DNA from: a virus
Taxonomy: Duplodnaviria > Caudoviricetes
IMG/VR virus record: IMGVR_UViG_3300042924_008490
Span: 61,584 to 125,583 of that record
Length of the DNA stretch: 64,000 nucleotides
Strand: one strand, 5' to 3'
Below the pieces are notes generated by a model. That model ran no database searches and was not told the DNA's origin. It worked only from the letters and a program-made list of their open reading frames with translations. Shown in pieces: positions 10,251 to 20,274 of this stretch (position 1 is its first letter; each line of letters opens with the position of its first letter). A program made the translations under genes and the position numbers.

Positions 10251-11849
10251 TTATACTTGTCTTGCTAAAGTTGTGTTAAATGCCTGAACGGCTGTATAGA
10301 AATTACTTGCATCAGTATCTGTTAAGCCGTCACCGATACTCATAAAAGCATATTGTTTATTAGAATAAAGCCCAGGGTCAGGTCCTGAAAAAGGTTGACT
10401 ATAAGCATTAGCAATAAATATTTTTGTTGTAGCTCTTAAAGCTGCTGCATTAGTAAAACTTACACCTGTTACAAGGTTTCTAAATATTTTTTGTACACTT
10501 CCAACTCTTGTTGCTACATAAAAAGCTGCTGAGTTTGTATCTGTAAATGATATTACATTTGCATTATTTATCCAACCATAAGAACCTGTTGGGGATGCAC
10601 TTCTATCTAACCCAATACCTAATAATGAATTTGAGTTTCCATCATAAGTACCCATTTCTAAATCTGTTGGTGCAGCTTGGTCAGTTCTTGAATAAACACT
10701 TAAATGAACACTATCAGCAGCAGCAAGAGTAGTATTTGGAACTAAAAAAGTATCGGCATATCCATTAGTACCATTTGCTTGAACCCCATTAGAAGTATGT
10801 GTCCACCCTCCAAAAAAAACTAAGCGAAAAGCTGCATTTGTATCTTGAGGATTTACAAGATTCCATTTGTGAGTGCTTGCTGTCCCCCCAATGAACGGAT
10901 AAACTGCTTTCATCTTAGTCCATATTCCTGCTGTTTTTAAATCATTTACAAGACTATTAACTGCTGACTTTTGAGTAGTATTTGTTATTTCTGATGCATA
11001 TAAAAATGCATTTGTTTCATTGTTATATGCTGTATTATAATAATTTACATTTACAGCATTTATATTTCTACTTAATTCATATTGATATCCTTCAACTATC
11101 TGATTAAATACTAATGCTTCTGTATCAGTTAAACTATCACCAATGCTTGCTAATGCACATTCTCTATTTGCATAATATAAAGGACTTCCATTACTATTAA
11201 CAGCACCAATATAAATGTCAATGTTACTTGTAGAACTAGATACTGCTGTTCCAGATAAGACTGTAGAACCATTTTTATAAGTTTTAATAATATTTGAAGC
11301 AGTTCTACTTCCAATATAAAAACCCGTAGAATTGGCTGAAGCTACTGAATCATAAGCAACACCATTATTAAATCTAAAATATGTAAGATTTGAATTTGAT
11401 GAATTTAAGTCTGAGTAAGAATCAGGTGAAGGTCTTAATGCACCCATATCTATTCTTATTGCAGCAGTTGGTAAATTAGTTCTACTATAAAAAGAAAAAT
11501 GTCCACTATTTAAAGATAAATCATTTTGAGTATCAAGAAATGTGTTTGCATAAGCATTTGTACCATTTGGTAATGCTCCTGTTGCAGTATGTGTCCATCC
11601 ACCAATAAACGATAATCTAAAAGCTGCATTAGTATCAGCAGGATTTTTTAAATTGAACTTATGAGTCGCAGCAGTACCCCCTACAAAAGGATACACTGCC
11701 TTCATTTTGCTCCATATTCCTGCAGCTTTCAAATTTATCACAAGATTATTGATAGCGTTCTTTTGAGTGTTATCAGTTATAGCTGCAGCAGTAATAAATG
11801 CTTGAGCATCAGCATCAAATCCACCAAATATATAAGAATTTATTATCAT
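10251..11849 (-). CDS. Tail-fibre/receptor-binding-like protein with duplicated ~260-aa domain
   Basis: Two copies of AFxxAxxITxxTQKxAxNxLVxxLKxAGIWxKMKAVYPFxGGTAxTHKxNL; Ser/Thr/Asn/Gly-rich beta-type composition. Confidence 0.6.
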   Translation of the reverse strand: MIINSYIFGGFDADAQAFITAAAITDNTQKNAINNLVINLKAAGIWSKMKAVYPFVGGTAATHKFNLKNPADTNAAFRLSFIGGWTHTATGALPNGTNAYANTFLDTQNDLSLNSGHFSFYSRTNLPTAAIRIDMGALRPSPDSYSDLNSSNSNLTYFRFNNGVAYDSVASANSTGFYIGSRTASNIIKTYKNGSTVLSGTAVSSSTSNIDIYIGAVNSNGSPLYYANRECALASIGDSLTDTEALVFNQIVEGYQYELSRNINAVNVNYYNTAYNNETNAFLYASEITNTTQKSAVNSLVNDLKTAGIWTKMKAVYPFIGGTASTHKWNLVNPQDTNAAFRLVFFGGWTHTSNGVQANGTNGYADTFLVPNTTLAAADSVHLSVYSRTDQAAPTDLEMGTYDGNSNSLLGIGLDRSASPTGSYGWINNANVISFTDTNSAAFYVATRVGSVQKIFRNLVTGVSFTNAAALRATTKIFIANAYSQPFSGPDPGLYSNKQYAFMSIGDGLTDTDASNFYTAVQAFNTTLARQV

Positions 11850-13237
11850 ACTCTTGTTCCTATTATTGTCACCTTTAATCCTGTAGCAGTTCCGTTCCCG
11901 ATTTGGTCTACATCTACCGTGATTTCCGCATCATCAGCCAATGCTGTATCAGATATAACAGGAGCTGTAGCAGCAGTTGTACTTGTTTTTTCAGTATTAT
12001 CTATTGTTAATTTTGTACTTAAAATAGATACTCCACCTTCATTTATATCCACAGTGAATATACTTCCCGAAGCCTGTGCAGTTGTTAATGAAGCCCTAAC
12101 AGATGTGACTGTCATCGCATGAGGCATCCTAAATGTTACCTTATTTGTTCCTGCAGTGATAGCAGTTGTTTCATCTGAACATGCAACTTGTATTTCTACA
12201 GGTAAAGGTGCTAACTTACTAATAGCAATAGCAGCACTTGCAGAAACATCTGCATTTACGATTGTACTTGCAGGACTTTGAAATACCCCATTTACAACTT
12301 TTGCAATTCCTGAACCTGCAACTGAAGGTAATGTTGTATGTACATGTGAAGGATGCAATGAATCAAAATAAAATCTTATTTGTCTTGATTGATTAACATT
12401 CTTTTGTGCCCACAATTCAATATAAATTCTATCAGTAGAAAGAATTGTCGTTTGTGGCATTGTAACATTGCCAATGTATTGTGCTATTGTTGTAGGGTCA
12501 TAAACATAAATATCATCAGAACTTGCTAATAATGTTGGTGCAGTTGCTCCATCATATTTATAAACTCTAATCTGAAATTGTGTTTGATTAGCATTACCTG
12601 TTCCACCTAAAATATCAACCCAAATGTTAAAATCCCAAAGACCTGCAGGAATATTTGTAACAGAAGGAGTTCCTACAATAGTAACAAACCCACACACTAA
12701 ACTATAAGAACCTTGAGATAGGTTTGCAGATGTAATAGAACCTGAACCAATGCTATAATTTATACCTAATTGACTTGGTGCAACAGGTGAAGTTGGCAGT
12801 CCTGTTGTCGGAGATATACTTGCTGTATTTTGATAATTGAAATAATAAAATATACCACCTCCGCCTGAACCCCCTGTGGGAACTGACTTAGGAGTCCACT
12901 CACTACCGCTCCATTGTAATGTCTGACCACTTATTGGAACTACATTGCTCACAGCATAGCCTTGCAATGCATCAACTTTAGGATTTGGATATGTTCCCGA
13001 TAAATCACCGCCTGCAGTAGTTCCTGAAATTGATGGAGGATATGCAGCTCCATTTATAGTATTTAAATCAATATTATCAACATTCAACAAATCTTTGTTG
13101 TTCATATCAATATCATTTGAACCTGCATTATTACCTGCAGTTAATACAGAATCTAAATCCTGTGAAACAGTACTTCCTGTGCCACCTGCCTCATAATAAT
13201 CAAAATTAGTAGTAAAAGGATTTATTTTATATGCCAT
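11846..13237 (-). CDS. Tail-fibre-like structural protein
   Basis: AGGDLSGTYPNP, GQTLQWSGSEW, IVNADVSASAAIAISKL fibre-type segments. Confidence 0.65.
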   Translation of the reverse strand: MAYKINPFTTNFDYYEAGGTGSTVSQDLDSVLTAGNNAGSNDIDMNNKDLLNVDNIDLNTINGAAYPPSISGTTAGGDLSGTYPNPKVDALQGYAVSNVVPISGQTLQWSGSEWTPKSVPTGGSGGGGIFYYFNYQNTASISPTTGLPTSPVAPSQLGINYSIGSGSITSANLSQGSYSLVCGFVTIVGTPSVTNIPAGLWDFNIWVDILGGTGNANQTQFQIRVYKYDGATAPTLLASSDDIYVYDPTTIAQYIGNVTMPQTTILSTDRIYIELWAQKNVNQSRQIRFYFDSLHPSHVHTTLPSVAGSGIAKVVNGVFQSPASTIVNADVSASAAIAISKLAPLPVEIQVACSDETTAITAGTNKVTFRMPHAMTVTSVRASLTTAQASGSIFTVDINEGGVSILSTKLTIDNTEKTSTTAATAPVISDTALADDAEITVDVDQIGNGTATGLKVTIIGTRV

Positions 13238-13425
13238 TTTATTATATTTTATTATAAATATTATAGGTTCTGCTTATTTTTATATTTATCCGAAAATAAT
13301 TACCTTTTAGTTTACTTAATTCATCTAAAATGGCATACATCGTAGCAGGATTTTTACTGTAAGGCATATTTTTTTATTATAAATATTTCAATTTCTGTTA
13401 TTATCATATTTATATTAAAATTGTT

Positions 13426-13719
13426 ATGGCTGAATATTTCAAAAAGAAAATTATAGGAAAACTCTCAGAGAAACCTATAATCGTCAAAAAAATCACCCCT
13501 CAACCTAAAACCGAAACAATTAACCCAATTGTTGAAGAGGAATCTCCAAAAGAAGAAATTGAAATTTCTGTTGAAGAAATTCAAATCTCTATTGAACCTG
13601 AAACAATTTCAGAAGAACCTATTACAGTTCCGAATGAAACTGTAATTGTTTCCGAAGAACCCGAAGTTCCTCTTGAAGAATCAACACCAAAAAAATCAAG
13701 AAAGAAAAAAATACAATAA
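13426..13719 (+). CDS. Glu/Pro-rich low-complexity hypothetical protein
   Basis: ORF; ATATTTATA at 13406-13414; hairpin downstream. Confidence 0.55.
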   Translation: MAEYFKKKIIGKLSEKPIIVKKITPQPKTETINPIVEEESPKEEIEISVEEIQISIEPETISEEPITVPNETVIVSEEPEVPLEESTPKKSRKKKIQ

Positions 13720-13720
13720 A

Positions 13721-13750
13721 AAAAAGGGGCTGCTCAATTGAACAGCCCTT
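13721..13750. terminator. Terminator-like hairpin between convergent genes
   Basis: AAGGGGCTG...CAGCCCTT inverted repeat after an A-run. Confidence 0.55.
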
Positions 13751-13809
13751 ATATATTTCCCTTTGAAAATATCTCAACTCAATTTTGTAACAAAAATGGT
13801 AAATATTTG

Positions 13810-14145
13810 TTACATCTCATCTTCACATCCACAATCTTCAACCTCATTCATCATGAAATCAAAAACTTGGTCTAAATTGTTCTTTGCAACAGCCACGTGG
13901 TCTTCAGCCCAATCATGACCGTTCTGAAGAATACCTTCAATCTCCTCTCTATCCAATTCCATCAAAAGCTCAATCTGTCTTTTCATCTGTTGCAAATTGG
14001 AAAAAAACATATAATTTTCAGTCAATTCCCCTTGCTTGCTTTTGACTTTCATCATATTTCCCTTTGAAACCATACCCATTTCATTTGAACCCATCTCATC
14101 AGAAACCATTTCTCTGATAATTCTTTTAAAATCATTCATTCTCAT
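13810..14145 (-). CDS. Hypothetical protein with class II-like leader
   Basis: MRMNDFKRIIREMVSDE N-terminus. Confidence 0.55.
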   Translation of the reverse strand: MRMNDFKRIIREMVSDEMGSNEMGMVSKGNMMKVKSKQGELTENYMFFSNLQQMKRQIELLMELDREEIEGILQNGHDWAEDHVAVAKNNLDQVFDFMMNEVEDCGCEDEM

Positions 14146-14477
14146 AACTCTTGTGGATTTTGTGGTAATTGTTCTGTTCCAATTGAAGGCATCTGCTCAA
14201 CTGCTTGTGGAATTTCCTTTGAAACCACTTTTCTCTCCCTTGATTTTCTGAATCCTAACAAACCTGCTCCAATACCAACAAATATGATGCTCTGCGTGAT
14301 AACATCAATATCCTTGTTCAAAAACATCTTGTCAACACATCCCATCAAAAAACAAAGCGTTCCAATGACACATATCAAAACTCCCATAGTTCCCGATGCA
14401 GATGTCTTACCATTCTCATTTGAAGTCATTTGCCCAAATGAAAATCTTTCAATCATACTCTTTAATACTTGTTTCAT
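14142..14477 (-). CDS. Two-TM membrane protein (holin-like)
   Basis: Two hydrophobic helices, basic residues after TM2. Confidence 0.45.
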   Translation of the reverse strand: MKQVLKSMIERFSFGQMTSNENGKTSASGTMGVLICVIGTLCFLMGCVDKMFLNKDIDVITQSIIFVGIGAGLLGFRKSRERKVVSKEIPQAVEQMPSIGTEQLPQNPQEL

Positions 14478-14542
14478 AATTTTATCTTTTTACATATATA
14501 AATATAGGGCAATGGTCAGAAACTTTTCTCGTATCACTCAAA

Positions 14543-15328
14543 TTATTTTTTATGCAAATCCCAATACCCATATAATGCCTTCAATATTCTACGCTTGTCA
14601 CCATCCCTCAATGAATCAAACCTCATAATAACACTCTTCTTAAACTTATCAAGCAAATCCTCAAAACTCATCCCATCCCTAAATATATCCGCCATCGTCT
14701 GACTGAACCTCGCCCAATACTCATGTGGTAAACTTAAATATACTTGATACTCCTCATCACTCATATCATTTTCACCCCTTTTGTTATAAAAAGCAACACT
14801 CCTCTTGTCTGATACATACTTTCCACCACTCCTATAAGCATCATAAGCATGCTGCAACTCATGAATCAATGTACTTCTAAAGGAGATTCCCATAGCCTTC
14901 TTAAGAATCTGTTCAGCTTCCGATGAACTAATATCATCAGCCTTCTCGTAAAACCCAACCTGATATACCAAACTACCCTCAAAATCTTTATTATATTTTA
15001 TTTTAACATTCCCATCATAAACCCCCTTCATACGCTTGTTTTTATCTTCATAAAAAACTATATTAACTGAAGAATTCTTGATAAAATCACCTAACAAATC
15101 ATACAACCCCCCATCAGTAATTTCAACCAAACTGATATAGTCACTGTTAAAATAACCATCAACAGGAAGACCTGCATCTATCTGCTTCTTAACCCTCTTG
15201 ACAACAGATAAGTTTTCTTTTGAAAATTTAGCTATAACCTCTTCGGCTAACTTTCGAAGCTCCCCCTGCTCATTGATACCCTCAAAAAGAATTCTATACT
15301 GACCCTCTGTTAATATTAGCTTTTTCAT
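14543..15328 (-). CDS. HExxH metallopeptidase-like protein with class I leader
   Basis: LIHELQHAYD, YLSLPHEYWAR; N-terminus MKKLILTEGQY. Confidence 0.6.
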   Translation of the reverse strand: MKKLILTEGQYRILFEGINEQGELRKLAEEVIAKFSKENLSVVKRVKKQIDAGLPVDGYFNSDYISLVEITDGGLYDLLGDFIKNSSVNIVFYEDKNKRMKGVYDGNVKIKYNKDFEGSLVYQVGFYEKADDISSSEAEQILKKAMGISFRSTLIHELQHAYDAYRSGGKYVSDKRSVAFYNKRGENDMSDEEYQVYLSLPHEYWARFSQTMADIFRDGMSFEDLLDKFKKSVIMRFDSLRDGDKRRILKALYGYWDLHKK

Positions 15329-15361
15329 CTTAATACCTAAATATAATTACTTTAGTAACTA

Positions 15362-16219
15362 TCATTTTTTTACATATATAAATATAGGGCAATGGTCAGA
15401 AACTTTTCTCGCATCACTCAAACGAACAAATTTTTTGTAAAAATGCAAAACCCCACTTGAACCAACCTTTACCTTTCTTGAAACAAAAAAATTGTCATAC
15501 TCCTCATTCAACCACTCTCCCCCCTCTTTCATCTTCAATGATGTCCTTTCACCTTTAAACCCAACATTGCACCATACCTTCATCCCATCAAAAGACCTAT
15601 CCCTCTCAGACAAATTAAAGTCACCCATCAATATGAATTTCTTATTCTTATATTTACCTCCAAGAGAACCCAATTCCTTAACCTCCAATGAAGGATTCTT
15701 TTCTTTCGGAACTAAATGAACATTCCCTAAGATATACTCATCAACACCATCAACCAAAAACTTTCCAATATATGGCTCTCTGTTCACAACAGAAGCCAAA
15801 GTAGCTTCCAATGAATGACTAACCAACTTCACCCTATCTTTCCTAAACAAATATGCATACCTCTCTGAACCACTTCCACTCGTGGGATTAGATATAACAT
15901 AATCCCATGAAGCCCCACTTCTATCCAATAAATCATCCAACTTCGCAACAGCCTGTGAACCAAATTCCGAAACAGATACCTCTTGAACTGCAACAATATC
16001 ATAAGAACTCATAATACCACTGATAAAAACCATAACAGAATCATTTGCCATCTTAGACTTTCCAAAATTCTGTATATTCCACGAAAGTATACGCAATTCC
16101 TTTGAATCACTTCTTCCCTTTGAAGCAAAGCTTTGCTGACCAAAGGCTTCAGCCTTTGAAACCAAATTTGCTCCTATGAATATAAAAACTAATACAATTA
16201 TGACAACTATTTTCTTCAT
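15362..16219 (-). CDS. Secreted endonuclease/exonuclease/phosphatase (DNase I-like)
   Basis: SWNIQNFG, AVQEV, ERYAYLF, REPY, MGDFN, YDNFF, SDHCPI; N-terminal signal peptide. Confidence 0.9.
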   Translation of the reverse strand: MKKIVVIIVLVFIFIGANLVSKAEAFGQQSFASKGRSDSKELRILSWNIQNFGKSKMANDSVMVFISGIMSSYDIVAVQEVSVSEFGSQAVAKLDDLLDRSGASWDYVISNPTSGSGSERYAYLFRKDRVKLVSHSLEATLASVVNREPYIGKFLVDGVDEYILGNVHLVPKEKNPSLEVKELGSLGGKYKNKKFILMGDFNLSERDRSFDGMKVWCNVGFKGERTSLKMKEGGEWLNEEYDNFFVSRKVKVGSSGVLHFYKKFVRLSDARKVSDHCPIFIYVKK

Positions 16220-16224
16220 TATCC

Positions 16225-16980
16225 TTAAACTTCTACTTGAATGTTTGTATGAGGTATTTCAGGCGCATTTTTCAACGATTTCCATATATACCATGTTGTA
16301 GCTTGAAGTGCTTGCAATCCCACTCCCAATTTATTCGCAGCAGTTCTATAATCATCCATGATTTTCATCCGCATTTTAGTGGAAATTGTTGGAGTCATTT
16401 TTATATTTCTCTTGATACCATACCAAATGTTTATAGCATGAGAATCTAATACCAATGCATCTTTTGTGTAATCAGGGTCAATGAGAGATTTTAAAAATAC
16501 GGATACCTTCGGCCCTCGCACATATCCAATATCTCCACTCTCTAAAATTTTAATAGCCTTCTCTACATTTTTACCATATGCATTAATATTTTTTCGAATC
16601 TCAGGATTTTTAAACATCTGAATGACATTATCTGCAGCTACGAGATTTGCCTTCCATTTATTCCCAGGAGAAAGTACCGCCACAACCGCAGCAGTCACCA
16701 CAAAATCAATATCATGTCTCTGTGCCAAATTTTGAACATTTTCTTTTGAATTATAATACCATCTCCCCCAAAAATCTTTTTCCTCCTCCTCAGCTTCATT
16801 ATACACCGCCATTATATTGGCAACTCCACGACCCTCATCCTGAGAAATACCTATATCCGAAATATTCCTATTATTCTTTCTCTTAGGCTCAACATAATCC
16901 TCATATTCAGTAATATCCTCAAAATTCTCTTGAATAATATTATGGATAATCAACCTTAATTCATTTAAACTTATTTTCAT
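16225..16980 (-). CDS. Phage protein of putative helix-hairpin-helix glycosylase-like family with class II leader
   Basis: AVLSPGNKWKAN, GPKVSVF, LDSHA, QALQATTW motifs; likely start MKISLNELR at 16980. Confidence 0.5.
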   Translation of the reverse strand: MKISLNELRLIIHNIIQENFEDITEYEDYVEPKRKNNRNISDIGISQDEGRGVANIMAVYNEAEEEEKDFWGRWYYNSKENVQNLAQRHDIDFVVTAAVVAVLSPGNKWKANLVAADNVIQMFKNPEIRKNINAYGKNVEKAIKILESGDIGYVRGPKVSVFLKSLIDPDYTKDALVLDSHAINIWYGIKRNIKMTPTISTKMRMKIMDDYRTAANKLGVGLQALQATTWYIWKSLKNAPEIPHTNIQVEV

Positions 16981-16985
16981 ACGAC

Positions 16986-17783
16986 TTATTTCATTTTTAT
17001 AATTGTAAAACATGTTATCGACTTAGGTGAATATGCCTTCAACGCCAAACATACCTCATCAAGCGTTGCCCCCGATGTCAAATAATCATCAAAAAGAATT
17101 ATATCCTTGTCCATAATGGACTTTATATATGCAGAATTAACCTCTATCCACCCCTTGAAAAATTTTCTGTACTGTGGCTGTATCTTCTTTATCTCAAACT
17201 CACCACGCTGCTTTGCCTTCTCAACCTCTTTCCTCAAACTACCCAATATGTCCGAACCAAAACGCTCTATATCCTCATCAGGAATAACCAACTCAAGCAT
17301 ATCAATATTTTTCTTAATCGAATCAGGCAAAAATTTCAAAGAAATATTCGATACTTTTCCCACAGTCCTCTCAGCTATATCCCTGACCAATGAAGATGAT
17401 GACCCCATGCAAAACACAGAATCAACTTTCATACGATTCATCTCCTTCGCAAAAAATATCGCACTCCTGTTGATAAACCTATCATACTCCTCATCTGAAA
17501 TACTATATGAACTGCTCTTACGCTTCAATCCCTTTAATACATCTGTTAGACTCTTATCCTCAACAGAACCCTTCTTATATACCGATATAACCTTGACCCC
17601 CGATTGTGGTAATGTTGTAACCCTCGCTTCAAATTTAACATTCTTTGATGACTTCCCCAAAGATGTATCAATATATTTTTGATTTCCCTTGTCAGTCACA
17701 TCCAACTTCATCTGACCATCATCCCCAATCTCAATCCCCTCAATGAACCCATATTGAGCCTCCGTAATAATTATTCTTCTCAT
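16986..17783 (-). CDS. Type I phosphoribosyltransferase-domain protein with class I leader
   Basis: IILFDDYLTSGATL PRPP-binding motif. Confidence 0.75.
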   Translation of the reverse strand: MRRIIITEAQYGFIEGIEIGDDGQMKLDVTDKGNQKYIDTSLGKSSKNVKFEARVTTLPQSGVKVISVYKKGSVEDKSLTDVLKGLKRKSSSYSISDEEYDRFINRSAIFFAKEMNRMKVDSVFCMGSSSSLVRDIAERTVGKVSNISLKFLPDSIKKNIDMLELVIPDEDIERFGSDILGSLRKEVEKAKQRGEFEIKKIQPQYRKFFKGWIEVNSAYIKSIMDKDIILFDDYLTSGATLDEVCLALKAYSPKSITCFTIIKMK

Positions 17784-17791
17784 ATATTAAT

Positions 17792-18550
17792 TTATTTTAA
17801 ATCTTCATAAGTTATATTTTCAAAATCTGATATGTCTTTATACTCATTATTCATCAATCCATTTAATACCTGTGCCATTATATAAGGATTCGTTAGAACC
17901 ACATGCTTTTTAACAAGCATATCTCTAAATATCATCGAAATAACAAGATTATCATTTGAATATGCCCCCAATTTATCTAACATATCTTTTAAATCATCTG
18001 TTACAGTAAAAACTATATTGTCATACTTAATTAATTCCTTTATTATCTCAATACCCTCTCTTATACTCTTAGGTGCAAAATGTGATGGTTTAAAAAATCC
18101 ATTTGAATATTTACCAATAATGTAACTTTCATTATTTTCAAATAATAATAACGTACCTGAATTTAAATAATTCGCAAACCTATCTAACGATAACGCAGAA
18201 TCAGGTCTGTTACGCTCCATAGCATTTTTATAATTAAACCACATCTTATATACAATGTTATCTTTTAATTTAGAAAATAACTCAGATTGACCTTGTTTAT
18301 AATCAAAATCATCATCATAGTTATAAGCATCTTCTAAATCATAATATAATTCAATAATTGTATTTATTTCGTCTTCATATTTATTTGGATTTTCTAAATC
18401 AGATTCCTCCAATTTACCTAAAATACCAACACCCTTTTTCTTTATTAAAGATTCATATCTCCTAACAACATTTTTTAATAAAGTATTTTCAGTAATATTT
18501 TTATATGAAGTTATAAACCCATATTGAGCCTCCGTAATAATTATTCTCAT
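17792..18550 (-). CDS. Hypothetical protein with class I leader
   Basis: MRIIITEAQYGFI, near-identical to the start of 17783. Confidence 0.6.
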   Translation of the reverse strand: MRIIITEAQYGFITSYKNITENTLLKNVVRRYESLIKKKGVGILGKLEESDLENPNKYEDEINTIIELYYDLEDAYNYDDDFDYKQGQSELFSKLKDNIVYKMWFNYKNAMERNRPDSALSLDRFANYLNSGTLLLFENNESYIIGKYSNGFFKPSHFAPKSIREGIEIIKELIKYDNIVFTVTDDLKDMLDKLGAYSNDNLVISMIFRDMLVKKHVVLTNPYIMAQVLNGLMNNEYKDISDFENITYEDLK

Positions 18551-18638
18551 ATAAATTTAGTTTTTTAAAATTATATCATTACCTTTGTAACAATAAATAT
18601 TCCTCCTAAAACAAATATATTTATAATTAAATTTTCAA

Positions 18639-19748
18639 ATGAAAAAAATAATTATCTCAGAAAGCCAATATAAACTCCTTTTTGAAAATCTGAACTACGA
18701 AGAACTTAACAACCTCAAAAGATTTTTAGACTCTGAAAACGAATCTAACGTGCAAATAGGTATCCAAATACTCGATGCCAACGAATATCCTATCATAAAT
18801 TTTATAAAGAAGTTTTATTCTAAATACGAAAAATTTTCCAACGAATTACTAAATAATCTTCCAAATGAAACCATTTTAGAACTTCTGAAAAATGGATTTT
18901 CTTTGGAACAATTCCCAATCAAAAGATTTTTAGACTCCGAAGAAGAATCTAAAGTGCAATTAGGTATCCAAATACTCGATGCTAACGAATATCCTATCGC
19001 AGATTTTATAGAGGAGTTTTATTCTAAAACCATCCATAGACCATTCTCTAATACACTACAAAATAATCTTCCAAATGAAACCATTTTGGAACTTCTGAAA
19101 AACGGATTCCATTTGGAACAATTCCCAAAAATAAAACCAAATACACAAAGGGAATATATCCAATATTGTATAGAAGAAGGTGTCAAACTTCCTGAAAATA
19201 CCGTAGATTATCTTGAAGACTCTCTAAAAGATTCTTATATAAATTCAAGAATCCAAAAAGCAATCCAACTGAAAGAAGAAAATCCTCGATATGACTTCTA
19301 CCAATTCTTCAACGGTGTAGAATATGCCTATATCTCCAACGAACAAATGTTCTCCCTCGGAGAAGTTGGAATCATCATAGATACCTTTACCATAGAATTT
19401 ATCAACAAAACCTATCCCAAAAAATTGGAAAATTATATCAATGGCTATATAAACAATATCACCAATGAAGATTATCATACCGTAGATGAAACCCTGTTAG
19501 ATTTCTTCAATGAAAATAACCTTAAACTTTATGTAAACTCCACCGATACCTTAGAATCAAATGTATTATACCAAATGAGCAAAGTATCCAAACCACTGCT
19601 CTCAAAATATCTCAAAAATAAAATCCAACAAGCTATAGAAAATGACGAATTCCTTGGAAATAATGAAGATGATTATTTTGAAGATGTCGATGACCAAAAT
19701 CTCGTAAATCAATACTACGAAAAATTTAAAGAATATTATGAAGATTGA
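18639..19748 (+). CDS. Hypothetical protein with class I leader and internal ~70-aa duplication
   Basis: MKKIIISESQY; KRFLDSE...QILDANEYPI...NNLPNETILELLKNGFxLEQFP twice. Confidence 0.6.
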   Translation: MKKIIISESQYKLLFENLNYEELNNLKRFLDSENESNVQIGIQILDANEYPIINFIKKFYSKYEKFSNELLNNLPNETILELLKNGFSLEQFPIKRFLDSEEESKVQLGIQILDANEYPIADFIEEFYSKTIHRPFSNTLQNNLPNETILELLKNGFHLEQFPKIKPNTQREYIQYCIEEGVKLPENTVDYLEDSLKDSYINSRIQKAIQLKEENPRYDFYQFFNGVEYAYISNEQMFSLGEVGIIIDTFTIEFINKTYPKKLENYINGYINNITNEDYHTVDETLLDFFNENNLKLYVNSTDTLESNVLYQMSKVSKPLLSKYLKNKIQQAIENDEFLGNNEDDYFEDVDDQNLVNQYYEKFKEYYED

Positions 19749-19834
19749 TTATATCCCTTTAACTTTTTTTTTACCCTTTGCAAAATATCGTTCATTCCAA
19801 CGATATTCCAAAATATCATCTATCCCAACGATAT

Positions 19835-20265
19835 GATTGCTTCCTTTGAAGATTAAAATTGTTTCCTTTGTAACCTGCAATTGCTCCCTTTGAAGCCTTT
19901 GAAAAAACAAAAAATTCTAAAAAAAAATTTTTGACCCTGCCCCGATTTTCCCTTTGGAGATTAAAATTGTTTCCTTTGAAAGGCTATGCTTCCTTTGAAG
20001 ATTAAAATTGTTTCCTTTGAAAGGCTATGCAGACCAAAGGCTTTAGCCTTTGAAACCTATAATTGTTTCCTTTGGAGATTAAAATTGTTTTCTTTGAAAC
20101 CTATAATTGTTTCCTTTGGAAAAGTTCACTTTTGGAAAAATGAAAATTTGAAAAAAATTTTTTTAGGAGGTTGGGGGAATTGATTTTTCTTTGGAGAATA
20201 AAATTGCTTCCTTTGGAAAAGTTCACTTTTGGAAAAATGAAAAATTGAAAAAAATTTTTTTAGAG
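19835..20265 (+). repeat. Degenerate tandem repeats built on TTCCTTTG
   Basis: Repeated GATTAAAATTGTTTCCTTTG and a twice-repeated CCTTTGGAAAAGTTCACTTTTGGAAAAATGAAAA block. Confidence 0.75.
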
Positions 20266-20274
20266 GGTCGGGGG

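Noticed and set aside
17107-17682. 191-aa plus-strand ORF
   Set aside because: Antisense to the PRTase gene, which has a clear motif
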